From a virus: DNA of 64,000 nt. The stretch is from the IMG/VR virus record IMGVR_UViG_3300049719_000183, positions 8,486 through 72,485 of that record; one strand, written 5' to 3'. Below, one piece after another: positions 19,342 to 29,623 of the stretch (positions within the stretch are counted from its first letter, which is position 1; every line of letters starts with the position of its first letter). The notes beneath the pieces are model-generated. The model was not told where the DNA came from. It was given only the letters and a program-made list of their open reading frames with translations, and did not search any database. Both the position numbers and the translations under genes were made by a program.

Positions 19342-20654
19342 TGCCAACCCTCCGAGCAAAGGGTCCCAAGGACGTGATGACTCGCGTCCTGACGAAGCTC
19401 CAGCCCCCTCAGGGCCGTGGCACAAAGCGTCCCTACGAGGTGACACGGTCTTCTCAGTCGCCCCTTCTGTCGGGCATCAAGTACATTCTCCAGACGGGTA
19501 TCGAGCCCATTGACGAGTATACCGGCGGCTTCCCCTTCGGCAGGTTGGTGGAAGTGTACGGCGTGGAGGCCTGTGGCAAGACCGCCCTATGCCTACGTTG
19601 CTGCGTTCGTGCTCAGCAGCATTACATCTACCAGCGCATCATCAACCCTGACACCAAGGACATCACCTATGAGCGTGTTGATGAAAAGTGCGAGGTGGTG
19701 CTTCTCTACATCGACAATGAGCAGTCGTTAGACGAGGGGGCCAAGGTGATCGTGGACGGCACGGAGATCGACGCCCTGGTGGCTCGCTGTGACACCATCG
19801 ATCAGATTTTCAAGATGGTGGATGACACTATCACCACCGTGGAGACCATCAGGGAAGAGGATGAGGCTGCGGCTAGGAAGAAGGCCAAGGACAGCAAGGA
19901 GCCGTATGTTGAGCCTCTGGCTTCTTTCATTGTGGTGGTCGTGGACACCATAGCGGGCACCTCCACTCAGTCGGACATGGACGCCGAGTGGGGCACGCAG
20001 GATTACCCCAGGCTTCCCCAGCAGTTGAAACGGGCCTTCTCACAGATGACGAGGAAGATCAACCGCAACAATGTCCTTTTCATCGCCACGAACCAGGTGG
20101 GTGACACTTTCAAGGCCAAGAAAAAGACCTTTGTGAACCCTTATGCCCTGGATCTGCCCCGTCCGGAGGACTTCAAGTCGCCGGGCGGCAGGGCTATCAA
20201 GTTCTTCGCCACGCTCCGCATCTTCATGTTCCCCGTGAACCTGGCGTTCAAGCTCTCGAAGCATCACGCCAACCCTGACGGTTTCACGGCAGGATTCATC
20301 ACGGTGAAGAACCGCACGGTGAAACCCTATCGAGAGGGCAGGTTCACTCTGCTGTACGACGGCGGTCTGAGCAATGTGTTCAGCGTCCTCGAAACGATGC
20401 TCAAATGCAAGGTGGCTGCCCGGGGAGAGAAGGGCATCATTGAGTTCCGCTTCCATGCCCATGGGCTAAAGCCGACCAGCTTCCCAGGTCTGAAGGAAAA
20501 CGAAAATCCCGAGCTGGAAGACGGGAATGGGGCGTGGCCAGCATTCTATCAGGATCACTTCGATGACATGCGCCTTCTATGGAACAGGGCCATCGAACTC
20601 ACCTTCAACGAGGCCAATGCAGTGGCCGCTGACGACGACGAACTTCAATCATGA
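19341..20654 (+). CDS. uvsX: RecA/UvsX recombinase
   Basis: GGFPFGRLVEVYGVEACGKT; YIDNEQSLD; VVVVDTIA; FIATNQ; SPGGRAIKFFATLR. Confidence 0.92.
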   Translation: MPTLRAKGPKDVMTRVLTKLQPPQGRGTKRPYEVTRSSQSPLLSGIKYILQTGIEPIDEYTGGFPFGRLVEVYGVEACGKTALCLRCCVRAQQHYIYQRIINPDTKDITYERVDEKCEVVLLYIDNEQSLDEGAKVIVDGTEIDALVARCDTIDQIFKMVDDTITTVETIREEDEAAARKKAKDSKEPYVEPLASFIVVVVDTIAGTSTQSDMDAEWGTQDYPRLPQQLKRAFSQMTRKINRNNVLFIATNQVGDTFKAKKKTFVNPYALDLPRPEDFKSPGGRAIKFFATLRIFMFPVNLAFKLSKHHANPDGFTAGFITVKNRTVKPYREGRFTLLYDGGLSNVFSVLETMLKCKVAARGEKGIIEFRFHAHGLKPTSFPGLKENENPELEDGNGAWPAFYQDHFDDMRLLWNRAIELTFNEANAVAADDDELQS

Positions 20655-21352
20655 GCAACCCACCCAATGTGAATTACATCAAGGCGAGCATGGTGCTCAA
20701 CTATCTCGCCCGAGATGAACAAATCAACGCCCTCCTCGGTCCCGATGAGGTGACTGTCACCAAGAAAGGTGGAGAGGCCTTCCTTTTCCCGCAAGCGGTG
20801 ATCGACGTGCTGGAGGCCATCGGAGCCGCTGGCAAGGACCCGACCACGATGACAAAGGACGCCATCCTGTCCTATGCCCGGGCCGTCATGATCGGTGAGG
20901 CGGCTGCAGAAACGCCCGTAGAACCCCCAGCAGAGGCAGCCGCTGTCGAAGTTGAGACCGAAGCGCCACCGCCTCCCCCGCCTGCTCCGAAGCCTGCTCC
21001 ACGTCCTGCGGTGCGCACGCGCACACCCCCACCGAGGCCCCCTGCACCGGCGGTGGCTGCACCGCCCGTCACCGTGGCCCCTGCAACGCCCCCGGTTCCC
21101 GAGGTCGTGCGTCTTAGCCCTGTTGCGGTAACGCCGCCTGTCGCCGCTGTGCCTGTACCTGTCGCTGTTCCCGTGGCAGCGCCTGCAGAGCCCACAGCAC
21201 AGCATCTCAAGCAGAGTGCTGGTTACGTCATCTTCCATCTCGTGGCTGGAGCCCACAAGTTTGCCGTCGAGCACGATACGGCCCCGGGTTTCGAGGCCCG
21301 CCGCCAGAGGCTCAAGCAACTGTTCGAGGACTACATCGTATTCGTCAATTAG
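20651..21352 (+). CDS. Pro/Ala-rich hypothetical protein
   Basis: ATGA overlap; two small domains joined by a Pro-rich linker. Confidence 0.65.
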   Translation: MSNPPNVNYIKASMVLNYLARDEQINALLGPDEVTVTKKGGEAFLFPQAVIDVLEAIGAAGKDPTTMTKDAILSYARAVMIGEAAAETPVEPPAEAAAVEVETEAPPPPPPAPKPAPRPAVRTRTPPPRPPAPAVAAPPVTVAPATPPVPEVVRLSPVAVTPPVAAVPVPVAVPVAAPAEPTAQHLKQSAGYVIFHLVAGAHKFAVEHDTAPGFEARRQRLKQLFEDYIVFVN

Positions 21353-21392
21353 TGTAAACAGTTCTGGCGTGGTTCTTAAGGGGTGGTCGTCT

Positions 21393-22499
21393 GTGAGCGA
21401 CCACCCCTTTCCCATGGATGACACAGACCCCCTAGCACCCGAGAAGCCGAAGCCAACCGGCCAACATATCTTTGACAACACCCACCTGGAGGAGGTGGCC
21501 AAGGAGTGGAAGAAGATGGTGGCACAGAATCGTCGCAACGAGGCGATGCCCCTGCTGGAGGAGCTGATCAAGGGTTGCCAGGACATGCTCCCGAGACTGG
21601 CTCAGCATGAGGGCTTCCATCTGACGACGGACGTGGACACCCTGAACGCTGCTGCCAACTCCAAGATAGAGGGCTGGCTGATGGCCTGGAAGCCTGACTA
21701 CAAAAACGCCACTACACAGAAGGCGGCGGCCCATGGGCTATTTTCCTTCTTGTCCAAATGCGCCAAGAACGCTTTCCGGAGCGAAGTGTCGAAGGTGAAC
21801 CAGTACCGCAAGCACTTTTATGCCACGGGAGAGAACCTGGAGAAGTTTTACGGTGAGTCCGACTACCACAAGTTCAAGGACGAGGCTACTCAGGAGGTGC
21901 GGAGTCACCTCAAGGATCTGGTCGTGCGGTGGGGCATTGAACAGGAGATCGGGTGTGTGCGCTTCATCCTGGAGAGCATCACAGAAGAGAAGCCGCCAGG
22001 TGTAAACGAGGACGAGAGCGCCACGGAAACTCGCGAGCGCATCATTCGCAGTGCAGCCTATGCCTGGTGCGTGAGCCCTGATATGGCCAAGTTTTTCTAC
22101 AGCTGGGCGGTGTACGCTCTCAGGGACGCTCTGTACAAGAAAGCCTACCCGCCCTTCAGCGAGGAGGATATACTGAGGCACGCGGAAACGTACACCCATC
22201 TGCCTGATCTGATGGACATCATCGGGTGGGAGAAATTCAAGCACGTCATCGCCACGCTGGGTGGAACTCGCATCAAGTTGCCCACGATGCAGCAGCTTGG
22301 CAGGCTGCATGAAAACTACAGACTGTCACAGGCTATCAAGGACGAGGGGGAAGATCCAGACACTGTGGAGCGTGTAGGAAAAAGGTCTGGACGCAGTCAG
22401 AAGACAGCGCAACAGGTTTATTTGGAGATGAGCGAAGTTCTTGACCATAAGAGGTGTGGAGAACATCCCGTATTCGCAGACGACGACTCAATGGAATAA
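21393..22499 (+). CDS. Phage sigma factor (gp55-like region 2) fused to Mor-like activator domain
   Basis: LFSFLSKCAKNAFRSEVSK resembles the sigma region 2 F.Y.T....NAF block; C-terminal DIIGWEKFKHVIATLGGTRIKLP plus HTH-like end resembles Mor/C; start uncertain (21393 or 21414). Confidence 0.6.
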   Translation: MSDHPFPMDDTDPLAPEKPKPTGQHIFDNTHLEEVAKEWKKMVAQNRRNEAMPLLEELIKGCQDMLPRLAQHEGFHLTTDVDTLNAAANSKIEGWLMAWKPDYKNATTQKAAAHGLFSFLSKCAKNAFRSEVSKVNQYRKHFYATGENLEKFYGESDYHKFKDEATQEVRSHLKDLVVRWGIEQEIGCVRFILESITEEKPPGVNEDESATETRERIIRSAAYAWCVSPDMAKFFYSWAVYALRDALYKKAYPPFSEEDILRHAETYTHLPDLMDIIGWEKFKHVIATLGGTRIKLPTMQQLGRLHENYRLSQAIKDEGEDPDTVERVGKRSGRSQKTAQQVYLEMSEVLDHKRCGEHPVFADDDSME

Positions 22500-23178
22500 C
22501 CCTTCAGTCCGACTTGACGGGGGCAAAGTCATCCGAGTTGGAGCAACGTGTGTCGAACTTGGAGGTGAATCAGGCACGGTTCGCCGAGGGCTTGGCCCAC
22601 CTTGAGGAAGAGATGGTCAACACCAGCGAGTTCGACACGTTGATCACCGAGGAGATAGATGAGCTACGCAAGGCCCTGGTCAAGGTGAACGCATCACGGA
22701 CACCCCTGGACCAACTGCTGGCCACACCTCCGAGAAAGGCATCGGAGCACCAAGGCAACGGAGTCGTCACCGTGGCCATCATCGGCATGCGCGATCGCGA
22801 CTCGGCGGTTGTGAACGCGCGGCTGAAGAACCTGCCAGGCACCGACAACCTCGACCTGCGTTTCATCCCGTCCACACGGTCCCCATTCGAGCTGAGCGTT
22901 GACTACACTCTTGTCAGGCCAAGAAGGCGGTGAAGGACAGGGCCAACTGCATCTTCCTTGGTCATACGGGCATCTCCCGGCTGACAGAGGAACTGCAGAA
23001 GATCTCCGCAGTGGAAAGCAACGCCCCCTAGTTAGAGCGGGGGTACGAAAGCAAGCGAACGGGCGTCCTCTTAGTGGGGCGCCCGTTTTGCTTCCGAGCG
23101 GCTATCGCCCACGCTGACGCTACGATACACTTGAAGAAGAAATCGGCTGAACCGTATTCAGGCTCAGGCTCAACCACT

Positions 23179-23607
23179 TCAATCGGAGCCAGTTTCTTCG
23201 ACCGGCTCATCAAAGCGTAGTCCGAATTGGCGTTGTTTGCCTGCCCTGTGGCGTTCCATGTCTCGCTGAGCCTCGATGGAACACCGTGCGAACGGGAGAG
23301 CCCTTAGACGGGCCACGGGGATGAGCTTGCCTGTCACCTCACAGATGCCGTAGGTCTCGCTCTTTATCCTGGATATGGCCTCGTCTATGTCACGCAGAGT
23401 TTCGTACGTCATCTCGTTGACGTTCATGTCGAGGTTGCTCTGCTCGTCGGCGAGAGCCAGGTCCCCGAAGTCGCGGCCCGCCGTCTTGTCGAACGGGGTG
23501 ATTATGCGCAACTGTTCAGACACCTGTTGCCGAAGCACCAGGAGGGCGCGTCTCTGATCAGCAAGGAACTTATACGAGTGAGTGCGACTCAAGAGGGTTT
23601 GTTTCAT
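23179..23607 (-). CDS. TraR/DksA family RNA polymerase-binding regulator
   Basis: DFGDLA acidic tip; IDEAISRIKSETYGICEVTGKLIPVARLRALPFARCSIEAQ. Confidence 0.9.
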   Translation of the reverse strand: MKQTLLSRTHSYKFLADQRRALLVLRQQVSEQLRIITPFDKTAGRDFGDLALADEQSNLDMNVNEMTYETLRDIDEAISRIKSETYGICEVTGKLIPVARLRALPFARCSIEAQRDMERHRAGKQRQFGLRFDEPVEETGSD

Positions 23608-23866
23608 CGTGGAATGAGACCCGTGAGGATCCAATGGCAAGTTTCACAGTGCCCAGTTCCACAGTCATCCACGTCACACCGAACTCTCCGAGGTCATCTG
23701 AGATGGCCTGGAAGTCCAGTTGGCATGTCCTTTCAATTTTCTCTAGGTGGGCGGCAACCCGCTCGCGTACGTTTGATGGCAATACAGATGAAGGAGTCAC
23801 TGGGTAGATACCGAGCTTCGGTTCGTGTTGAAGAACACGACCGATTTTCTATCAGTTTACACCAGG

Positions 23867-24301
23867 CTATCTGGTATCTTCAACCATCATGGCCTGCTGC
23901 CGAGTCTCAACCGTCGTCAGGCGGTGCTCAAATCCGACAAGGGTACCCATCAACTTATCCTGCCTGTGCTCGGCGGCGGCGTCGAGCTTGGCAACTGCTT
24001 TCTCCAGGTTACCCAGGGCTACCGTGAGCTGTCCCATTGGGCCAGTGGTGAACAGGTCAAATTTCTGACCTTGCTCGTTTATTTTCATCGTGATCTCCTG
24101 CCGTTTCTCCTCGTGGTCCGCTGCGACACGGTCCCGCTCGTCCTTGTCTCTTGTCCGCATTTCGTGAAAGGCCTTTTTGCGAAGATAGGTGGTATCCAGC
24201 ACCCATATCGCAGCCCCCGCAAGGATGATGAGGATGCTGATCGCAGCAAAGATCTCCGTGGGGGGAAAGGTGAGCGGTTGTTCTGTGACTGCGAGGATCA
24301 T
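23867..24301 (-). CDS. Single-TM coiled-coil protein (possible lysis protein)
   Basis: One hydrophobic helix then coiled coil ending RLTTVE; TAGTTA on minus strand at 24315-24320. Confidence 0.55.
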   Translation of the reverse strand: MILAVTEQPLTFPPTEIFAAISILIILAGAAIWVLDTTYLRKKAFHEMRTRDKDERDRVAADHEEKRQEITMKINEQGQKFDLFTTGPMGQLTVALGNLEKAVAKLDAAAEHRQDKLMGTLVGFEHRLTTVETRQQAMMVEDTR

Positions 24302-24326
24302 AGTGTTCTAAGGATAACTACTAATC

Positions 24327-24974
24327 ATGAGCGAACCTACAACCCATACTCTTGCCATCACCAACGGTGCAGCCAACCTTCTGGCTCTCTTGCTCAACCA
24401 GGACGGTTGGGTGAAAGGCGTTGATGAGCTTATCATTACGGGAGACCTCTTGAAGGACCTCCCTGACGAGCGTCCCATAGAAGACGCTGATACGTGGGAT
24501 AAGCAGCCGTTTACGGCTGAGATTTCAGCCAAGCAGTTCAAGGCAGCCAAGCACTGCTTCACGGCCATCGCCGAGAAAGGCAATCTTTCGGCAAATCAGA
24601 ATGTGCTCCTGCTAGCCGAAGTGTTGGGGTTCACCATCCCTCAGACGGAGCCTTCTATCTCGATCACGTTGCCCCAGATTTCGGCCAAGTACCTGGCCGA
24701 TATTTTCACCATGCAAGGGAAGGTGAAGAAGGTGGAGGACCTCATCGACGCATGCCAGGTGAACTCGAAAATTCCTGTACTGGACGGAGCCTTGATGGAG
24801 AAGGGTCGCGAGCGTGATCTCCGAGCGTGGATGGAAACCTCCTGCGAGTTACTGATAACTGATCGGCAGCGTGACACCTGTCGCCAGGTGCTCAAGGCTG
24901 CAGCCGAAGGCGGCGACGTGAAGGCGAACAAGTACATTCCCGTCCTCTACACGGAGTTTGGCCTGCGTGAGTGA
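24327..24974 (+). CDS. Hypothetical protein with internal two-fold duplication
   Basis: Halves align: AANLLA..L...GWVK.VDELI versus SAKYLADIF...GKVKKVEDLI. Confidence 0.7.
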   Translation: MSEPTTHTLAITNGAANLLALLLNQDGWVKGVDELIITGDLLKDLPDERPIEDADTWDKQPFTAEISAKQFKAAKHCFTAIAEKGNLSANQNVLLLAEVLGFTIPQTEPSISITLPQISAKYLADIFTMQGKVKKVEDLIDACQVNSKIPVLDGALMEKGRERDLRAWMETSCELLITDRQRDTCRQVLKAAAEGGDVKANKYIPVLYTEFGLRE

Positions 24975-25007
24975 GGGATCTGGGCCTCCCTCTAGGCCTA
25001 GTTAGGC

Positions 25008-25298
25008 GTGGCCTTCAACGTCGTATTCGTAAACAACACTTCGGGGAACCCGGACTCCTATTCCTGGGACTTCGGTGATTTGAGCAGCAGCACGCAGCCC
25101 AACCCCACCCATACGTATGTGGCCAGCGGCCTGTATGTGGTCAGGCTGACGGCTACCAAGAACGGCGTTTCTTCCACGATTGCCAAAGCTGTCCCCATTC
25201 AGGCTGGCACAGTTGGTTTCACGTTGATGACCAACAACGCCGGTGCTGTTCTGACCACCCCTCTCACGTCCAACCAGATTGCAGCCATTGTGGGGTAG
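25008..25298 (+). CDS. PKD-domain protein
   Basis: SYSWDFGD.SSSTQPNPTHTY...GLYVVRLTA. Confidence 0.85.
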   Translation: MAFNVVFVNNTSGNPDSYSWDFGDLSSSTQPNPTHTYVASGLYVVRLTATKNGVSSTIAKAVPIQAGTVGFTLMTNNAGAVLTTPLTSNQIAAIVG

Positions 25299-25317
25299 TT
25301 GCCTCCCTAGTTAGGGC

Positions 25318-27738
25318 ATGGCGACGATCCTAACATCCAACCTCACTCCCGTTTCGCTTCTTGCTGCGACGGACAGTGTCGTTGTTCAGCCTCTTGGTGG
25401 TGATACGTCGAAGATCACTCTCAGTGCGTTGGCGAACTCTGTGTTGACGGTGATAAATGCCGGTGGAGCAACAGGTTTCAACCTGGGCACCGCCAACCTG
25501 ACAGGCATTCTTGGGTCGGCATTCATTGGCAGCATCAACGGCAGCATCATCCAGGCGGGTAGCATCACCGCCAACCAGATTGGCAGCATCAACGGTGGCG
25601 TCATTCAGGCGGGCACCATACAAGCGACTGCCATTGGCAGCATCAACGGTGGCGTCATTCAGGCGGGAACGATTGCGGCGGCTGCCATTGGCAGCATCAA
25701 CGGTGGCGTCATTCAGGCGGGCACCATACAAGCGACTGCCATTGGCAGCATCAACGGTGGAATAATCCAAAATGGCACGATACTGTCGGCAGCCATAGCG
25801 AGCATCAACGGGGGAATTATCCAGGCGGGCACCATTCAGTCAGGGTCCATTGCCAGCATCAACGGGGGAATTATCCAGGCGGGCACCATCACCTCCACGC
25901 AGGTCGGCTCGATCAACGGCAGCCTCATTACGGCAGGTACCATCACGACGACGCAGCTGGGTTCGATCAACGGCAGCGTCATCCAGGTGGGCACCATCAC
26001 CTCTGGTCAGATTGCCAGCATCAACGCCAACACGATCACCAGCGGCACCATTTCGGCAGGTCAGGGAGTGAGCATCAACGCCAACGCCATCAACGTGGGT
26101 GTGATCCTCACCAGTCAGCTTGCAGCGGGCATCATGAACTCGCTTGCCCTGCTTTCCAATAACCTGAACGTGGTGCAGACGGTAACCTCTCTGCCCTCGG
26201 TGCCGAACGCCAACTACCCGGCGGGCTCCCTGGTGCTGCTGACCACGACCAACACGCTGTACCAGTGCAACGTGGCGGGAACGGGATGGGTGGCAACGAC
26301 GGCCTCCAGCACGATCACGGGTTACATCCAGCAGAGCGACATCACCAGTGTTAACTGCAGCGTGTTGAACGGCGTCATTGCGGCAGCCAGGATAACCAGC
26401 GTCAACGCAGCGGCCATCAACGGCACCATAATGGTGGGTGGAGGCTGCAACATTCAGGCAGGCGTTCTGACAGGATCCATCTCGGCCAACACCGTAAACA
26501 TCGATGCCACAAACATCCAGGGATCTCTGTCTGCCGCCGTGATCAACAACATCACGATCTCACCCGGACAGATTGGTGCCGGTACGTTGCCCATTAACGT
26601 GCAGATTTCTGCGGGCAACCTCGGCAACTTGACTATTCCTGCCACCAACATCACCTCGGGCACCCTGGCCTCCACGGTGATGATTCAATCGGCCAACATT
26701 ACCGGATGCACGATTGCCCTCAGCCAGCTTGGCGCAGGCACGCTGGCCTCCAACATAGCACTCTCTGCCACTGCCATTGGTAACATGACCATCGCGCCCA
26801 CACAGCTTGGCGCAGGCACGCTGGCCTCCACGGTGATGATTCAATCGGCCAGCATTACCGGATGCACGATTGCCCTCAGCCAGCTTGGCGCAGGCACGCT
26901 GGCCTCCAACATAGCACTCTCTGCCACTGCCATTGGTAACATGACCATCGCGCCCACACAGCTTGGCACAGGCACGATGCCCGTAGCGGTGACCGTACAG
27001 TCGGCGAGCATCAGTGGATGTTCCATTGCGCCCAGCCAGCTTGGCGCAGGCACAATGCCCGTAGCAGTGACCGTACAGTCGGCGAGCATCAGCGGATGTT
27101 CCATTGCGCCCAGCCAGATTGGCACAGGCATACTCTCTTCCAACGTTACTATTCAGACGGGTAGCATCAGTGGTCTCACCATTGCGCCTAGCCAGATTGG
27201 CTCCGGTTCGCTCAACTCAAACGTGTTTATTTCCGCTGGTTCTGTGAACGGCACATTCAACAATTGTAGCTTTATTACAGGTTCAGGCTCAGGCCCAGGT
27301 GGACTCCAAACCTCCATCACGTCGTCAGGCCTCTCCATGGGTTCCATTGTCATGGCAGGAGGAGGAAACCAGAACACCATCACCGTGGGTACCGGAGGCT
27401 CGTACACCGTGACGATAGGGGGAGGAATTGCAGCCGGGTACATCAACATCGGCCCCGGGCCAAGCATAGCCCTTAACGCTTACTCACTCAGCACAATGAA
27501 CTCGGGTCTGTCTGTGCAGTCGGGGTTGACAGCCACAGGGGGCCTCACCATCGACACATTGAAGTTCACAGGCTCTACGGGTGCTTCTGCACCTGGCACC
27601 GCGAATTACAGTTTCTGGCCAACTAGCGGCGGGGCCTACTATGGCACGGGCCAGTTCCCCTTCCTGGGCAACCCCACCGGCTGGTGCACATTTACAGACT
27701 CTGGTGGAGGCACCAAGCGTTTCCCCTACTACACTTGA
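25318..27738 (+). CDS. Repeat-rich tail fibre
   Basis: About ten 18-aa repeats IGSINGGVIQAGTIxxxx and a second set of 26-aa repeats; TAGTTA-N4-ATG. Confidence 0.8.
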   Translation: MATILTSNLTPVSLLAATDSVVVQPLGGDTSKITLSALANSVLTVINAGGATGFNLGTANLTGILGSAFIGSINGSIIQAGSITANQIGSINGGVIQAGTIQATAIGSINGGVIQAGTIAAAAIGSINGGVIQAGTIQATAIGSINGGIIQNGTILSAAIASINGGIIQAGTIQSGSIASINGGIIQAGTITSTQVGSINGSLITAGTITTTQLGSINGSVIQVGTITSGQIASINANTITSGTISAGQGVSINANAINVGVILTSQLAAGIMNSLALLSNNLNVVQTVTSLPSVPNANYPAGSLVLLTTTNTLYQCNVAGTGWVATTASSTITGYIQQSDITSVNCSVLNGVIAAARITSVNAAAINGTIMVGGGCNIQAGVLTGSISANTVNIDATNIQGSLSAAVINNITISPGQIGAGTLPINVQISAGNLGNLTIPATNITSGTLASTVMIQSANITGCTIALSQLGAGTLASNIALSATAIGNMTIAPTQLGAGTLASTVMIQSASITGCTIALSQLGAGTLASNIALSATAIGNMTIAPTQLGTGTMPVAVTVQSASISGCSIAPSQLGAGTMPVAVTVQSASISGCSIAPSQIGTGILSSNVTIQTGSISGLTIAPSQIGSGSLNSNVFISAGSVNGTFNNCSFITGSGSGPGGLQTSITSSGLSMGSIVMAGGGNQNTITVGTGGSYTVTIGGGIAAGYINIGPGPSIALNAYSLSTMNSGLSVQSGLTATGGLTIDTLKFTGSTGASAPGTANYSFWPTSGGAYYGTGQFPFLGNPTGWCTFTDSGGGTKRFPYYT
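25525..26100 (+). repeat. 54-bp tandem coding repeats
   Basis: ATTGGCAGCATCAACGGTGGCGTCATTCAGGCGGG recurs with 54-bp period. Confidence 0.9.
26660..27200 (+). repeat. 78/156-bp tandem coding repeats
   Basis: GTLASTVMIQSA.ITGCTIALSQLGAGTLASNIALSATAIGNMTIAPTQLG x2; GTMPVAVTVQSASISGCSIAPSQ x2. Confidence 0.9.
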
Positions 27739-27755
27739 CGCTGTTCTAGGAGAGG

Positions 27756-29075
27756 ATGGCAGAACGCAATCCTCCTCTTGTTACTTCCTGGGTGGTCGTC
27801 ACGTTCAAGAAACCGCTCCAGTGGAGCCGCTGTGACGATGAGGTGTGGACGTTCAACCCGCACGTCCGCTACATCCTCAACCATCACCAGCTTGAGGGCC
27901 TGAAGCCCTTCATCGCCACAATCAGCGAGCTGAAGACGAGCGGCCAGTATCGTCAGCTTTCCTCCAGCACGCCGCTCCAGGGAGCCCACATCCTTATTGA
28001 GCGCTATCGTGACAGGGGCATCGGCGACTACCTGTTCCTGTCCGGCGTCCTCCAGTACATCTACGAGATGTCGGGTAGCACCTCGCTCATTGACCTGTAC
28101 GCCCTCACTGACAGGGCCGGGGTGCTGCGTTTCCATCCTGCCCTGGGGAACACAGCGGGGGGTGAAGCATACGGACCCCTGGCAGGCCCCGTCCTCTACG
28201 ACAGCCTCCCACATTACACGGCCCATTGGTTCGTGGATCAGGTGACCGAGCACGTAGAAGAGCCAGACCAGCTGAATGTCTACGACCAGCTCTACCGCCA
28301 ACTGAGCATCGATCCGAAGAATGTCTCACCGAGGTACAAGAGGCCCTACGTATACCTGGAAGTATCGGACTGGAGAGATTTGGACAGCATCTACGCCACC
28401 TGCTATGGTGCTCAGCAGGTGGACCTGCGGATGACTCCGTACATTGTGCTGTGCCCGGCCGCCTATGGTGCCCTCCGCAGCGCTCCCTACAGCCTGTGGT
28501 TGAACTTGGCTGCGGCCCTGGCTGACAAGTTTGTGGTGGTGCTCGTGGGCCGCACGACGGACCAGGGCCAGCTCCCAATGCCTGACATGACGTTCGGGGA
28601 ATTTTATCAGCAGATCGACGCCATGGCGAAGAAGAACCCAAAGCGCATCTTCAACCTCATCGGCCCCACTCCACTCCGTCCGATGATGGCGTTGGTGGCG
28701 AGGGCCACGGCTCTCGTGTCCCTTGACTCGGGGATGCTCTACGTGGCCCAGGCCTCAAGAGTGCCCGCTGTTTCCATGTGGGGCACACACGCACCACACG
28801 CACGCCTTCTCTATGATGCTCCGTACATGCGCGGGGCGATTTGGAACCGACAGGCGTGCCCGTGTTCGCCGTGTTGGGCCTACGCGGGATTCCCTGAGTC
28901 CAAGTGTCCACAGGGAGCCTCGCAACGGGCCTGCGCCCCCATCGCTTCGGTGACTGTGGATGATGTCATGAAGAAGCTTGACGTGGTGCTCACCGATGTG
29001 GATGGAGCCCGTCCTGCCTTGCCTCTCAGCCCTTCTGACGCCATAAAGGTTGTGCCCGATACTCCTAATCCTTAA
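27756..29075 (+). CDS. Glycosyltransferase, GT9/heptosyltransferase-like (paralogue of 1737-2870)
   Basis: RGIGDYLFLSG; VSLDSGMLYVAQASRVPAVSMWGT; ACPCSPC. Confidence 0.82.
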   Translation: MAERNPPLVTSWVVVTFKKPLQWSRCDDEVWTFNPHVRYILNHHQLEGLKPFIATISELKTSGQYRQLSSSTPLQGAHILIERYRDRGIGDYLFLSGVLQYIYEMSGSTSLIDLYALTDRAGVLRFHPALGNTAGGEAYGPLAGPVLYDSLPHYTAHWFVDQVTEHVEEPDQLNVYDQLYRQLSIDPKNVSPRYKRPYVYLEVSDWRDLDSIYATCYGAQQVDLRMTPYIVLCPAAYGALRSAPYSLWLNLAAALADKFVVVLVGRTTDQGQLPMPDMTFGEFYQQIDAMAKKNPKRIFNLIGPTPLRPMMALVARATALVSLDSGMLYVAQASRVPAVSMWGTHAPHARLLYDAPYMRGAIWNRQACPCSPCWAYAGFPESKCPQGASQRACAPIASVTVDDVMKKLDVVLTDVDGARPALPLSPSDAIKVVPDTPNP

Positions 29076-29292
29076 GGATTAAGGAACACTGTAAACAAAT
29101 ACTGTTTACAAAAACAGTATTGGCCTTATGATGCGAGTCATGAGGTACGAAGTCGTTGTCGGAAACATCGGAACAGTGTACTCGGGATCCAATGAGCGCC
29201 AAGCTCAGAAGGATTACGTCGAGTACGTCGAGCAGTCCAAAACCAACTATGGGCGGGCTGCGGGCGAGAGTGTAACCTTCTTCAAGGACGGT
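29040..29292 (+). repeat. 253-bp direct repeat, copy 1 (promoter plus 5' part of small gene)
   Basis: Identical by eye to 40387-40639. Confidence 0.95.
29103..29132 (+). promoter_or_regulatory. Sigma70-like early promoter TTTACA-N16-TATGAT
   Basis: ATG 7 nt downstream at 29140; TGTTTACA also occurs at 2875, 7700, 35389, 37001, 40450, 41705 and 49246. Confidence 0.7.
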
Positions 29293-29349
29293 GAGCCTAC
29301 TCACTCGTTCGTCGGCTCCATCGAACAGGAGGCAGAGCAGTACGCATGA
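29140..29349 (+). CDS. Small early protein
   Basis: MRYEVVVGNIGTVYSG...; leaderless position after promoter. Confidence 0.7.
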   Translation: MRYEVVVGNIGTVYSGSNERQAQKDYVEYVEQSKTNYGRAAGESVTFFKDGEPTHSFVGSIEQEAEQYA

Positions 29350-29623
29350 GCGACAAGAAAATACTACTCCGTAGGATGGTCGCACACGGGCCTGGAGCCC
29401 GCTATCGACCAGGACAACTGACCAATCCCGCTGACTACGCTACGCCGCTCAGTGTCAGCAATGCTCTTCGGTCGCTCAACCGAGAAGGACTGGTTGAGAA
29501 CTATACCAGATACACGAGGCGGGGAATCCGTAGCCGCGGCGGTGCGGATGTTGTGGTCAACTACTACTGGTTGACCCCCGCGGGCGAGGCGCTCGCTAGA
29601 GCAACACAGAGGCCCGATCACAC

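Noticed and set aside
25525-27200. CRISPR array
   Set aside because: Repeats are in-frame coding units without unique spacers, and there are no cas genes
29102-29117. LexA box CTGT-N8-ACAG
   Set aside because: It matches here and in the duplicate, but the spacing varies at the other TGTTTACA sites, so a promoter element explains it better
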